Part shown: positions 19,342 to 29,427 of the stretch, one piece after another
Numbering within the stretch: position 1 is the first letter of the stretch
Layout: the number at the start of each line of letters is the position of its first letter
Virus record (IMG/VR): IMGVR_UViG_3300028603_000018
Coordinates: 180,063 to 244,062 of that record
Origin: a virus
Lineage: Duplodnaviria; Caudoviricetes
Direction: 5' to 3' (one strand)
Length of the DNA stretch: 64,000 nucleotides
Position numbers and translations under genes: made by a program
The notes under the pieces: model-generated
Told to the model about the DNA's origin: nothing
Seen by the model: the letters and a program-made list of their open reading frames with translations, nothing else
Database searches by the model: none

Positions 19342-19461
19342 ATGCGGATGATGAATTTGTTCGTAGGTGTTATTGTGGGTGCTGCCGTTACTAATTTTCT
19401 TTATGAAAAAGTACGTAAGAACTTCACGTTGGAGGTAAAGAAAAATGAGCGATCACTTTAA
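19342..19461 (+). CDS. Small single-TM protein (39 aa), not in the ORF track
   Basis: SD AAGGAG. MRMMNLFVGVIVGAAVTNFLYEKVRKNFTLEVKKNERSL. Confidence 0.6.
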   Translation: MRMMNLFVGVIVGAAVTNFLYEKVRKNFTLEVKKNERSL

Positions 19462-19621
19462 ATTTGGTTTATTTATTGGAGTAACAACAGCACTCTCGTA
19501 TCTGTTGGGTAGAGAACTCGGTTATATGCATGGCAGAAATCTATTTGAAGAAGATTTAGAGAAAGAATCTCCAACTCCAGAATCTTCTTCCAAATCCTCT
19601 GAAACAGGACAAAGTAGTTAA
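19445..19621 (+). CDS. Small protein with an N-terminal hydrophobic segment (58 aa), not in the ORF track
   Basis: SD GGAGG. MSDHFKFGLFIGVTTALSYLLGRELG...; overlaps the previous stop. Confidence 0.6.
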   Translation: MSDHFKFGLFIGVTTALSYLLGRELGYMHGRNLFEEDLEKESPTPESSSKSSETGQSS

Positions 19622-19668
19622 AGCTTTTTATCAATAGTATTTCCTATTAGTAAAAACAAAGGCAGAAC

Positions 19669-20043
19669 ATGACAACCAACATTCAAAAACTGAAAGTATT
19701 CTACAATGAAGAACATGAAGCTTTGTCGGTGTTGAGTGACAACCCCCTCTTGGCTCTACTTCTACTTAAAGATAAAATGGGACGTAATAATATTGTTCCT
19801 ATCTTTCAGACACAAACAACAAAGCTACGTACAGTGGAAACTCACCCAATACGACAGACACTGGTTTTAACTGATACTGTTATCAATGGTATCAGTCTTC
19901 TACCTTTGAATTACCTCTCTAGTTTGAAAGCAGTTATGGAATATAACCAACAGCCTGAAGAGAGTAAGTTCATTGCAGGGATGTTTAAAAAACCTAGTGG
20001 GAGTGAAGACAATTTCTTCTACGTAGATTTTTATGAAGAATAA
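19669..20043 (+). CDS. Hypothetical protein
   Basis: 124 aa ORF followed by a terminator hairpin. Confidence 0.7.
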   Translation: MTTNIQKLKVFYNEEHEALSVLSDNPLLALLLLKDKMGRNNIVPIFQTQTTKLRTVETHPIRQTLVLTDTVINGISLLPLNYLSSLKAVMEYNQQPEESKFIAGMFKKPSGSEDNFFYVDFYEE

Positions 20044-20057
20044 CTATTCTTCATAAG

Positions 20058-20195
20058 GCATAAATAGGAGAGCATATAGCTCTCCTATTAACATGTCTTT
20101 TTTTTTTAGTAATAATACTCTATGAGTCTATAATCCAGCGTCTAACTAATTCCGTGGCATAAATAGGAGAGCTATATACTCTCCCCATTTATGCC
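20058..20195. terminator. Two tandem family hairpins between convergent genes
   Basis: GGCATAAATAGGAGAGC... occurs at ~20058 and ~20156. Confidence 0.75.
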
Positions 20196-20202
20196 TTTAA
20201 CC

Positions 20203-20475
20203 CTACTCTACTGTTATCGCTTCATGATGGATGCGGTCTATTTCTCCTGCAAGAAGATCTTCTTCAAAAGCTTTTAGTAAGCTATCAGTATTAGGTAAAT
20301 CTAACATAACACGACAAACCTCCATTGCGTTAGTAGCTCCACCTGTGATATTTAATCCCTGCATTCTAGTAGTGTATTCATCTTTACCAGAGACAGAGAT
20401 AATTTCAGCTATAGTAGTTTCTTTTGATACATTAAGAATAGCAATCGATGTAGGATAGCTTGATGTGATATCTAG
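20203..20475 (-). CDS. Split family-B DNA polymerase subunit (phiKZ gp82-like), exon 2
   Basis: Begins LDITSSYP...NVSKET, completing PolB motif A (D.D..S.YP). Confidence 0.85.
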   Translation of the reverse strand, partial: LDITSSYPTSIAILNVSKETTIAEIISVSGKDEYTTRMQGLNITGGATNAMEVCRVMLDLPNTDSLLKAFEEDLLAGEIDRIHHEAITVE

Positions 20476-20992
20476 CTTCCGAGTATATGTCACTAATGAT
20501 ATTATTAATATTATCACTAATGACAAGGATACGGAAATGGACTATATCTTCTTCCTTTAACAAAAAAAGGAAGCCCTCCGTTTCGCTTTAAAGGAATTAC
20601 TATATATTCATTTTCAATATATACACCTGCCTTGTGAGGCGCTACTCTACTGGGTTTAGTCATGGGTAGCTTGTGACTCCCATAACACGCCTGTCGATAG
20701 TCTCTGAACCTTCTACCTACATAATAGGTAGCTTGGCTGCGGATCTTCTCATCCTTTTCTTTTTTACTATACCTGAGTAGTTAGTTCAGCCCTCATGTCT
20801 ATTACTAGCATGAGTTAGTAGAAAAGGCTCTTTGAGACGTTCCCGTCAATTAGAAGGGTTTCAACTTAAATCTCTTTAAGTTAGGGGACCTGTTTTGATT
20901 TCTTTCCTTGAATCAAATTCAGTTTCGTTAGTATCACATTACACTAACCCAGAATCCTGATTCTTAAGAAAAGAAAAAAATACATCAAGTTA
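20476..20992 (-). mobile_element. ORF-less group I intron (517 nt)
   Basis: Minus strand: exon end AGGGGAT pairs with guide GTCCCCT (~20889-20883). R element GTTCAGAGACTA (~20709-20698), S element AAGATATAGTCC (20550-20539), terminal G at 20476. Confidence 0.9.
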
Positions 20993-22474
20993 ATCCCCTG
21001 CATATAAGCGTATATTAGTGGCAAAGCCAGGTAGTTCAATAATAAAATCTAAACCTGTTTCTTCTGTCCAGGCTTGTAATGTGATGATCCAGCCTTCTAA
21101 GCCAAAGATCTCTTTATCTAAAGGATCTTCCATCTCATCACTAGTAGTTCCAATTACCTTACCCTGTTCTAAGAATTCAAAATGCCATTCATCGATCTTT
21201 CTCTTAGGTTGACTAGAGTAGTTAACGAGATCAGAAGTTTGTGAGAAGATGGGTAAGGTACTAGATAAGTCTTGAGTTTTCTCGTCGAGGACTTCTAAAA
21301 CAATAGGGTCGACAATGTTATAAACACAATACTCAATCTTGTAGTCAGCCTGCATCAAAATATGCCAGTCACCTGTATCTTCAGTTTTAACTTCAATATA
21401 AGGGAAGTCTAACTTCTGGACACCTGTTTCTTCAATATCTAGAATAGCTGATAAGGCATAGCTTTGTTTCTTAGCTTGTCCCATTCGGTTAAAGTTATAA
21501 GCTGCCATGGCATCAACAAACTGAAATGAAGCAGGAGTAATAACAGAATGCCATTGCTCCTCAACATCTTTAGGCATGTATTTACCTGAAGCTGTTTTCT
21601 TTTGTCTAGAACCTACTTTATACCAGAAGTGTTTAAAAGGACCAGGTACACTAGGATCAGAGAAAATCTCAGCTGGATTAAGTCGATACCTATCGATAGT
21701 TTCTAAGAACCGAGAGAATTCGAAATCGATGTTCCAAATACTGCAAAAATCAGGCTTCCAAATATGAAGCTGATTAATCATTTCGATTAATACTTCAGCA
21801 GGACTGTTAACTAACAATACTCGAAGCTTTAACCCTCGTTGCTCAATGAGTTCTTTACAGTTCTCATTAAAGCATTTGTGAATTCTTTCCTCTGGGCTAC
21901 TAATACCTTCTAAGAAGTTCCTATCACAGATATGCAGTACTTCATTCTTAAAGGAAACTGTTCCCATTAAGATAGCCGAAGTCTCCATATCTGTTTCAAT
22001 ATCTAGACCTGCTACAGTATGTGGAGAAGGACTTACTCCGACTTTTTCCATATGTTGGAAATATCTATGTTTAATGATGGCAGTAGAAGATACTTCAGCA
22101 CCGTAGATATAAGGAGACCTAAAGATTCGACGAAGACCTTGACCAGCGTATTGGTAGAGATTTAAACTTTGTACTAAGCGATCTGCTAGCTCGGATTGCG
22201 TACATTCAAATCGAGTGAGTTTATTTATGTCCTCAATTTCTTTCTTTTGTTTATGGTTTCTAAAACCTTCTTTAGTAATATAGAAAGGTCTTTTATAATT
22301 CTTTACAAGTCTGACATTAGGAAAACGACGACCATCTTTAAGATGAATAACTTCTTTAATAAGATGGAAATCGTCTTTTGTTCTTCCTTTTAAAAACTTA
22401 GGTGTAGGGCAATGGACAGCATGTTTACACTCAATAGTTAAAATGTCTTCTTTTGAGTAAGGTAGATTAGTCAT
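20993..22474 (-). CDS. Split family-B DNA polymerase subunit with 3'-5' exonuclease domain, exon 1 (spliced product about 584 aa)
   Basis: ExoI LDIETD, ExoII WNIDFE, ExoIII YNIVD. Ends ...YAGD at the splice site. Confidence 0.85.
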
Positions 22475-22593
22475 TTATTTACCAATCCTTTATTTAGAGT
22501 TTACATTTAATAAAGGAAACCTATATTTTTTAAATCATTAATGATTTGAGCGCTTATAATTAATGCATTAATTCGTAGTGAAGGACATTTATT

Positions 22594-23853
22594 GTGAAAG
22601 ACCACAGTTATGTAGAGAAAAAAGAACTCAGTATGGAGATGCTAGAGTTCCAGAAAAACCCTATTTTCTTTAAAGAATTAAAGAACTTAATTGAAGACTT
22701 TAAAGGAAAGAAACGGGAAGATTTATTTGAGTTGAAGTTTACAGATAAACTCAACTCTATTATTAAACATCATACTCAATTGAAAGCTTTTGATACTTTA
22801 ATTGGTATTAAAAGTAAACCTGAAGAAGACATTGTTAGTCTATGTATCTTAAATAACTTAAACTCATTAGTAGAGATTAAAAACTTAACGTTTGGTTTTA
22901 GTTATAAAACAGGATACTTTACAGGTGATACTAAGAAGCTTTATAATCGTCTCTTAGTTCCACCAGAATGGATTATTGGTGACTACTTTACCAGTGGTGA
23001 GTTAGCAGCAGGTATCTTACATGAAATTGGTCATCTAGCTTTTAGAGTTAATTTCTTAGCTAGGCAGATCAAAACTAATATCGCACTATTAGAAGTTGTT
23101 AAAGAGTTACGTTCAGGTCAACCTCCTTCTGAACGAGTCTCTATCTTTAGACGTGCTGCAAATGAAGCAGAGTTAAAGAATTTAAATATCGCAGAATTAG
23201 CTGGTATAGATGATCCTGAAGTTATTACAGTTATCTTCACAAATAGCTTACTCAATGATTACCGTAGTGAGTTAGGTTCTGGTGAGTATGACAGGACGAT
23301 GGAAGAATATTATGCAGACATGTATGCTGTTAGGTGTGGTGCTGGTACAGACTTAGCTTCTATTGCAGTTAAGATGGAAACTCGATACGGACCTTCTTTT
23401 ACAACTAACGAACTTGTTCGCATTGCTGGTGGTTTATCTATCGCAGCAAGTGTAGCTGCTGCTGTAGTAGCTCCTGTAGTAATGCCAATAAGTATCTTAC
23501 TCTCAGCTACATGGATCTTAGGTATTACAGCTACTTTCTTTCCCTCTAATAGCGATTATATCTACGATGATGCATTGACTAGGATTACACGAATCCGTCA
23601 ACAGTTATCTTCTGCTCTTCAAAATAAGAGATTGTCTAAGTTTGAAGTAGAACAGCTCACTGCTATGCTAGCTGAACTAGATAGTAATATTAAGAGTTTA
23701 AAGAAAGACACTAATGTCTTTGATGACTTCTTACTTAAGCTATTTAATAAAACCGCTAAGCGTCGTTTAAAAGCACAAGAAATTCAAAATGAGTATGAAG
23801 CACTCGCTTATAATAAGTTGTTTGAGAAAAGCGCTGTACTTCGAGTTATTTAA
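22594..23853 (+). CDS. Virion head protein with a zincin (M48-like) motif and TM hairpin
   Basis: N-terminal SME site, LHEIGH...EEYYAD, hydrophobic segment at about residues 277-316. Confidence 0.6.
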   Translation: MKDHSYVEKKELSMEMLEFQKNPIFFKELKNLIEDFKGKKREDLFELKFTDKLNSIIKHHTQLKAFDTLIGIKSKPEEDIVSLCILNNLNSLVEIKNLTFGFSYKTGYFTGDTKKLYNRLLVPPEWIIGDYFTSGELAAGILHEIGHLAFRVNFLARQIKTNIALLEVVKELRSGQPPSERVSIFRRAANEAELKNLNIAELAGIDDPEVITVIFTNSLLNDYRSELGSGEYDRTMEEYYADMYAVRCGAGTDLASIAVKMETRYGPSFTTNELVRIAGGLSIAASVAAAVVAPVVMPISILLSATWILGITATFFPSNSDYIYDDALTRITRIRQQLSSALQNKRLSKFEVEQLTAMLAELDSNIKSLKKDTNVFDDFLLKLFNKTAKRRLKAQEIQNEYEALAYNKLFEKSAVLRVI

Positions 23854-23872
23854 ATAGGAAATAGAGAATAAA

Positions 23873-24337
23873 ATGAATGTCTCGTTAAATGAGTTTAATA
23901 ATAGTGTTGGGATTGCCCATAGTGCATTAACTACCCGAGCTAAATTTATTGCTGCTGTCATTGCAACAGTCTTATCACGCAATCTTCCTTTACCTCAGAA
24001 TAAAGTATCTGCTCCTGAGGATTTTTATAACATCGAATGTGTTCCTGTTATTAATGAAATCCTCTCCGCACTAAATGAAAAGTTAGTTATGGATGTACGA
24101 GCTGCTGTAGAGTTCACTCGTAAGTTCTGGAAGATCCGTTATATGGCAGCTTTCCCAGAAGGTTTAAATAACCTCCATGATCAATACGGTATGATTGATA
24201 CCTATGTTGGTGCTGGCATTGTGTGGGCTAAGACTGAGCATGAGTTCATTAATGATTGTAAAGATGGTATTTTAGTTACCTACAGTAAAGCATTTAATCT
24301 ACTTGCTGAGTTGTTTCCAGAGCACTTCTCTAAGTAA
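23873..24337 (+). CDS. Conserved hypothetical or virion protein
   Basis: 154 aa ORF inside the structural operon. Confidence 0.7.
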   Translation: MNVSLNEFNNSVGIAHSALTTRAKFIAAVIATVLSRNLPLPQNKVSAPEDFYNIECVPVINEILSALNEKLVMDVRAAVEFTRKFWKIRYMAAFPEGLNNLHDQYGMIDTYVGAGIVWAKTEHEFINDCKDGILVTYSKAFNLLAELFPEHFSK

Positions 24338-24358
24338 TAAACAAAGGAAATTAAAAAC

Positions 24359-26917
24359 ATGTCTACTTTTGCTTTTCAAGTAGGTGAGCCTGTAGAATCT
24401 CCTGACAGTCTCTTAAAACAAACGGATTTATTCGAAGAAGATACTTTAGTAGCAGGTGAAGTGCCTGAGCTAAATAAAGATACTACCTTTACTGCTATTT
24501 TAAATGAAACGATGGAGTCTTTAGACAAGGCTATTTCATTTAAAAAGAAGATTAAAGAAACAGGCTTAGTTTCTCGTGCAATGGCTATGGAAGCTGTTGA
24601 TGAGATTGAAGGCTTAGAATTGCTTCCTTTAGGTTATTACACTGAGAAACCTACTGCTTCCTTAGGTGAACCTACTGTAGAGAACTTAACTGCTTATATC
24701 AATGTAGCTTGGAAACGAGCTAAAGAATTTATCATTAAGGCTTTTGAAGCTATTCAGAAGTTTATTAAAGATGCAGTAGAGAAAATCTCTATCTACTTAA
24801 AACATATTCACAATAACAAAACCATTAAAGCTTTAGAAAAGGTTACTCTACCTAACTCTATTAGCATTGCTCAAGCGGATAAAGTATTATCGTTACTAGA
24901 CAGTGATCCTGGATATGGTAATCTTTTTATTGATGATGCTGCTGGAGAACGTCGTAAAGGTTATTTAAGTACCTTTATGAAAGACCCCACTTCCGTTAGT
25001 AAATCTTTATTTGATATCTTTCGTGATCCACGTATTCGTTCTATTTATGAGTTAATTCAGAATGAAGATACTTTAATTAAATCGATGAAAGATGGATCAT
25101 TGGACATCACAGCTACATTAGAGACTTTAAAAGAAGTCAATGCAAGCTTTACTCCTAGTAAAGGTGGTAGGGGGGCTGATGCATTTTCTTTCTCTATTAA
25201 TCCTTCTAGCCTAATTAAAGAGTTAGAAGCTTATCGTAAGAATCGTCTTAATTCTGAGAAATCGACTTTCAATACGAATGCGACCTTAGATAAATTAAGT
25301 GCTGTCTCTAAAGCTACAGCTAGTATTTCCCGTCTTAATCCTACTCGTATTGCTGATAAGATGTTAAAAGATGTGAGTGGGGATGATGAACTTAAAGCTA
25401 AAACTTATCATGAAATTGTTGAGGATGTCTCAGCTCTAAATGAGTTCTTCACCTTCATCCTAACTATCGAAAAGAAATACGTTGAGTATGTAGCTACATT
25501 ACAAACACTGGATGTACTCTACTTAAAAGTGGTTGGAGTATTAAAAGAAGGTGAAGCTTCCCAAGAAAGTATTGTTGAAGATACGTCTTTTGATTTTAGT
25601 CAACTCTCTCGTGAACTGAGCTTTTCTTTAGAAGCAATTGATACTAAAGCGTTTGATAAGAGTAAAGCTGTTGATATTAATCTAAAAGAAACAAAAGTCT
25701 CTGAACAGCTTATTGCGGTATTTAATAGAATTAAAGCTTGGTTTGAAGAGATGCTTAGTCGTCTAGTTGAATGGTTAAGGAAAGTCAAAGCTAATTTATT
25801 ACCTAGGATTAATAACCATATTCAATATCTTCAAACAGCTAAGTATGAAGAAGCATTAAAAGACCTCCAAGCACTTCGCCGTGATGAAAAGTCATTAGAG
25901 GATGTACTGAAAACAAAATTTAGGTATGGTGTTGGTAGCTTCAGATTTGAAGAGTTTGCTAATATTATTATTGAAGACTCTAAGTCTGGTAATCGTGACT
26001 TTAGCCAGCAGTTAGGTGTCTTATCAAGTAAGTCTTCTGAACTTCGTCGATTCTTAAGTTCTGTAAAAGATGCTCTGAAAGGTATGTCTGTTTCTAGAAA
26101 AGCAGGAAGTACGGACGTAAACAAAGCACTTGATGCACTTAAAGGTATTGAAGGTGCTGGTATTATTAAAGACATCGACTTTAATATCAATGCTCTATAT
26201 ACTCGAATTAGAGATTCTAAAGACGGCGTAGGTGAAAATAAAAATACCGCAGTTCCTTTAGATCCTAGGGAATTTTTGCAGACTGCTGGTGCTACGCTTA
26301 CACATTTCAGTAAAAATAAAAACGACTTAAAGAATATCCAGTCTAGTGCTAATGCGATTGCTCTAGAGTTAGAGCGAGTTAACTTTGGTGATATCATGGT
26401 TGGAATTCATAGAAATATTTTTCTTACCGAAGGCTCAACACATGGTCCTAACTATGAGGTAGATGATAGTGTAGGAGAAATTGCATATGAATATGTTAGT
26501 GAATTTAAGAAAGGAATTACTTTACTTTCTGAATTCTTAGGGAATCTAAAGACTTTACTTATGACCGCTAACTATTACGTTTTATACTCTTATCAGTTAG
26601 TTAGCTTATACATTAAAATCATCTCAGCAGCTAAAAACTTGTCTATGAGGGTTGCTAACCGTAGTTCGTTTGAAGCACTAGAGATTACTTTAGAGTTCTT
26701 AAGTGATCCTAATGTGTTAGGTCCTACTGAAGACGAAGTTAAGTTTCAACAACTGCTAGATAATGAAAGTAATGCTTCTCTAGAGAATGATGAAGAACTT
26801 TCTTATATGAGTAATGTGTCAAGTTCAGGTGAGGAAGATGTAGGGCTAGATGAGTTAGTCGATGCAGAAGAAGGCGTTGATGAAAATCTAAGCTATATGT
26901 CTAATACTTCTGAATAA
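24359..26917 (+). CDS. Internal head protein with two tandem helical domains
   Basis: Multiple S/A-x-E sites (AME, SQE, SLE, SFE, ALE). Two amphipathic W-containing domain starts. Confidence 0.7.
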   Translation: MSTFAFQVGEPVESPDSLLKQTDLFEEDTLVAGEVPELNKDTTFTAILNETMESLDKAISFKKKIKETGLVSRAMAMEAVDEIEGLELLPLGYYTEKPTASLGEPTVENLTAYINVAWKRAKEFIIKAFEAIQKFIKDAVEKISIYLKHIHNNKTIKALEKVTLPNSISIAQADKVLSLLDSDPGYGNLFIDDAAGERRKGYLSTFMKDPTSVSKSLFDIFRDPRIRSIYELIQNEDTLIKSMKDGSLDITATLETLKEVNASFTPSKGGRGADAFSFSINPSSLIKELEAYRKNRLNSEKSTFNTNATLDKLSAVSKATASISRLNPTRIADKMLKDVSGDDELKAKTYHEIVEDVSALNEFFTFILTIEKKYVEYVATLQTLDVLYLKVVGVLKEGEASQESIVEDTSFDFSQLSRELSFSLEAIDTKAFDKSKAVDINLKETKVSEQLIAVFNRIKAWFEEMLSRLVEWLRKVKANLLPRINNHIQYLQTAKYEEALKDLQALRRDEKSLEDVLKTKFRYGVGSFRFEEFANIIIEDSKSGNRDFSQQLGVLSSKSSELRRFLSSVKDALKGMSVSRKAGSTDVNKALDALKGIEGAGIIKDIDFNINALYTRIRDSKDGVGENKNTAVPLDPREFLQTAGATLTHFSKNKNDLKNIQSSANAIALELERVNFGDIMVGIHRNIFLTEGSTHGPNYEVDDSVGEIAYEYVSEFKKGITLLSEFLGNLKTLLMTANYYVLYSYQLVSLYIKIISAAKNLSMRVANRSSFEALEITLEFLSDPNVLGPTEDEVKFQQLLDNESNASLENDEELSYMSNVSSSGEEDVGLDELVDAEEGVDENLSYMSNTSE

Positions 26918-27004
26918 TATATTGTAGACCATAATCAAACAGTTAGAAGAGATGAGTATCTATCTCTTCTAACTATTGAAATCTTTTTATAAAGTTAATA
27001 AAAA

Positions 27005-27601
27005 ATGCGTAAATATAGTTTAGAAAACTTAGTTGATTTATCTGAAGGGTTAGAGGTTGATCCAGTTCTTGTTCAAGATGAAGAGTTAGTAGGGACTCCT
27101 GAAGAAGTCAATGGTTTAGTTGAAGAAGCTGTCTTAGCTGAGAATGCTGAAGAAATTAACGAGCTTAGCCAAGAAGGTATTCTTGGTTTCTTTGGAGGAG
27201 GTGCTTTAGGAATTATATCTTATCCAATGGGTTTAGGTGGTGTAGTAGGTGTGGCACAGAAATCTGCTGTAAAGAATCTTGAAGCTAAAATTGAGAAACT
27301 TACTAAAGAAATTAAAAAGATCGCTGAAGATAACGGTAGGGAAGCTGTTAAAGCGGGTAAAATCTCTAGCGAAGACTTTGATGAAAATTTTAAAGGTCTT
27401 AGTATAGGTGCGATTTTCTCAGGCATTATTTTAGGCACTTTATTCTCCCCCATTTATAATGCTGTTAAAAGTCATCAACTTGAAGAGCGGACGAAAGAAG
27501 TAGTGCGCCTGAAGAAAGAACTAGATAGCCTTCTTAATAAAGCAGTGGCTGACTATAAAGAAGAGCAAGAAAAGATTCGAAACTCTTCAGTGGAAGATTA
27601 A
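27005..27601 (+). CDS. Virion protein: acidic propeptide, Gly-rich hydrophobic segments and coiled coils
   Basis: YSLE...SQE followed by GILGFFGGGALG. Confidence 0.7.
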   Translation: MRKYSLENLVDLSEGLEVDPVLVQDEELVGTPEEVNGLVEEAVLAENAEEINELSQEGILGFFGGGALGIISYPMGLGGVVGVAQKSAVKNLEAKIEKLTKEIKKIAEDNGREAVKAGKISSEDFDENFKGLSIGAIFSGIILGTLFSPIYNAVKSHQLEERTKEVVRLKKELDSLLNKAVADYKEEQEKIRNSSVED

Positions 27602-27619
27602 ACCTCTTTCTTTAGTTAT

Positions 27620-27656
27620 TAAATAGGGAGTTGTTATCAAACTCCCTATTTATGCC
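27620..27656. terminator. Family hairpin
   Basis: TAAATAGGGAGTT...AACTCCCTATTTA-TGCC. Confidence 0.75.
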
Positions 27657-27704
27657 ATGATATTTTGAGTCGGTATTAAATATGAAATAAAAAGGATACT
27701 AAGA

Positions 27705-28895
27705 ATGTCTGAAACGAGTTTAAATATTGGTTTAGAATTAGATGATCAACCAGTATTAGCAGATACACCTCCCAATACAGAAATAGCAGGTGTTCTTGAT
27801 ACAAAAAAAGAAATCCTAGTACATAATGGAAGTCAAGATAACCTCGTTAGTTTTGCTGATGAGATTCGTAGCAGTTTAGAAAATCTAGACATCGCACTTG
27901 ATTTACGTAATCGCTTAGTGAGTTTATCTAAGATCAATAAAGACCTCGCATTAGAAGCATTGGATATTGATCCTGATATGCGTATTAAACCAATCAATAG
28001 TTATACTACTGAATTAACAAAGACTAACTATCAATTCACATTAGAAAGTGTAGATACGTATATTAACAAAGTCATTAATGATACTGTTAATAATCAACTT
28101 TCTTCATTTACAGAAGCAACTTCAGAGAAATCTAATCAGATTCTAATTAAAGAACCTAATACTGCATTAGATCGTCTTTCAGACTTCAAAGACAATGTAG
28201 TTGCTTATATCAATGGTAGTGGATTAAATGCCTTTGCAGGCGCTTCAGTAAATCCTACTGCTAGCGTTGAACTTAGTGCTATCGTTAATAAAAGTTCAGC
28301 TTTAACAAAACTCATTAATAGCCCTAGTGAGATTAAAAATATCATTTGTCAGATCACTGATAAGTTATTACCCGCTGCTAAGATTTGGGAAGCTGATTAC
28401 GTTACTTTAAAAAGTAAATTACTTCAAGAACTTAAAAGTGGTGATAGTTCAAGTATTGATGAAACGCTACAGCAGTTAAAAGAATTAACAAGTAATGTAT
28501 CTACTCAAATTGATTTTATTCCTCTTTATAGTGCAGTAGGTTATCAAGGTGAAGCTGAAATCAATTTAAACAACGTAAACACCCTTGTCACGAGCTTAAG
28601 AGAATATGGTAGGGGTAAGTATCAGCAATACGGTTTTGATCTCTTAGAATCGCTCTATAAAGAACTAACAGATGTTGCAAGTACTTCTTCTACTTTAACT
28701 ACAGAAGGTAATGTAGAAGCTATTGAGTTTAATATTCAAGATGTAAATAAAACAGGGTATATTACTCAAGTACTTTGTTTATGTGCTACACTAAACACTT
28801 TAGTTATTAGTCATCTCTGCGATAAGGTGACTTTCTTAAATGATCTCTTTTGCTTCTTAGATGAATGGATTAAAGCTTCTATTCAGGGAGGTTAA
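27705..28895 (+). CDS. Internal head protein paralogue
   Basis: SLE, ALE and TLE sites. Its propeptide resembles that of 24359-26917 (YT...T...T.E). Confidence 0.7.
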   Translation: MSETSLNIGLELDDQPVLADTPPNTEIAGVLDTKKEILVHNGSQDNLVSFADEIRSSLENLDIALDLRNRLVSLSKINKDLALEALDIDPDMRIKPINSYTTELTKTNYQFTLESVDTYINKVINDTVNNQLSSFTEATSEKSNQILIKEPNTALDRLSDFKDNVVAYINGSGLNAFAGASVNPTASVELSAIVNKSSALTKLINSPSEIKNIICQITDKLLPAAKIWEADYVTLKSKLLQELKSGDSSSIDETLQQLKELTSNVSTQIDFIPLYSAVGYQGEAEINLNNVNTLVTSLREYGRGKYQQYGFDLLESLYKELTDVASTSSTLTTEGNVEAIEFNIQDVNKTGYITQVLCLCATLNTLVISHLCDKVTFLNDLFCFLDEWIKASIQGG

Positions 28896-28897
28896 GT

Positions 28898-29371
28898 ATG
28901 AGTAATTTACTTTTCACTCCAATTGAATCTAAGATACATAAAGGTTGGTTTGAAATCCCTGGATATAATCAGTACCTAGCAAATGAGAAAGGACAAATCC
29001 TCTCTAAGAAGACACGTAATTATACCTACGGAGGTAATGCTGGTCGTTATCTTAAAGTAGCTGTATTTAGAGATAATGAACCTAGAGTTTCTCTACGATA
29101 CGTACATGTCTTAGTAGCTAGTGCTTTTTATGGTATTCCTGATGGTGTTAATATGGTAGTTAAACATAAAGACAATAATCGAAGGAATAATAAGAAGTCT
29201 AATTTAGAATGGGGTACTCAATCGAGTAACATCAAACAAATCTACGAAGATGGGTTGAAGTATTCTAAACAATACGCACACCTTTATCCAGATAGGTTCG
29301 CTAGTCGATTAGGTAAAATGGAAAGTCTAGTTGATTCTGATCTAGGTGAATCAGTTCTCTTAGAGTGGTGA
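28898..29371 (+). CDS. Free-standing NUMOD4-HNH endonuclease
   Basis: WFEIPGY..Y.....G.I NUMOD4, YVHVLVASAF and HKDNNRRNNKKSNLEWGT. Confidence 0.85.
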   Translation: MSNLLFTPIESKIHKGWFEIPGYNQYLANEKGQILSKKTRNYTYGGNAGRYLKVAVFRDNEPRVSLRYVHVLVASAFYGIPDGVNMVVKHKDNNRRNNKKSNLEWGTQSSNIKQIYEDGLKYSKQYAHLYPDRFASRLGKMESLVDSDLGESVLLEW

Positions 29372-29381
29372 TAATTTAAAA

Positions 29382-29418
29382 GCATAAATAGGAGTCTTTT
29401 TAAGACTCCTATTTATGC
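29382..29418. terminator. Bidirectional family hairpin between convergent genes
   Basis: GCATAAATAGGAGTCTT-TTT-AAGACTCCTATTTATGC, 17-bp perfect arms. Confidence 0.85.
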
Positions 29419-29427
29419 CTTATATAG

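Noticed and set aside
20203-20526. 107-aa minus-strand ORF as an independent gene
   Set aside because: Its first 17 codons are intron sequence; the rest is polymerase exon 2.
25600-26397. Antisense ORFs, including a 188-aa one, and similar ones at 3259, 16153, 27220, 33960, 39353, 41764, 43270 and 43865
   Set aside because: They lie opposite long genes, are S/L/F-rich as expected for shadow frames, and lack initiation signals.
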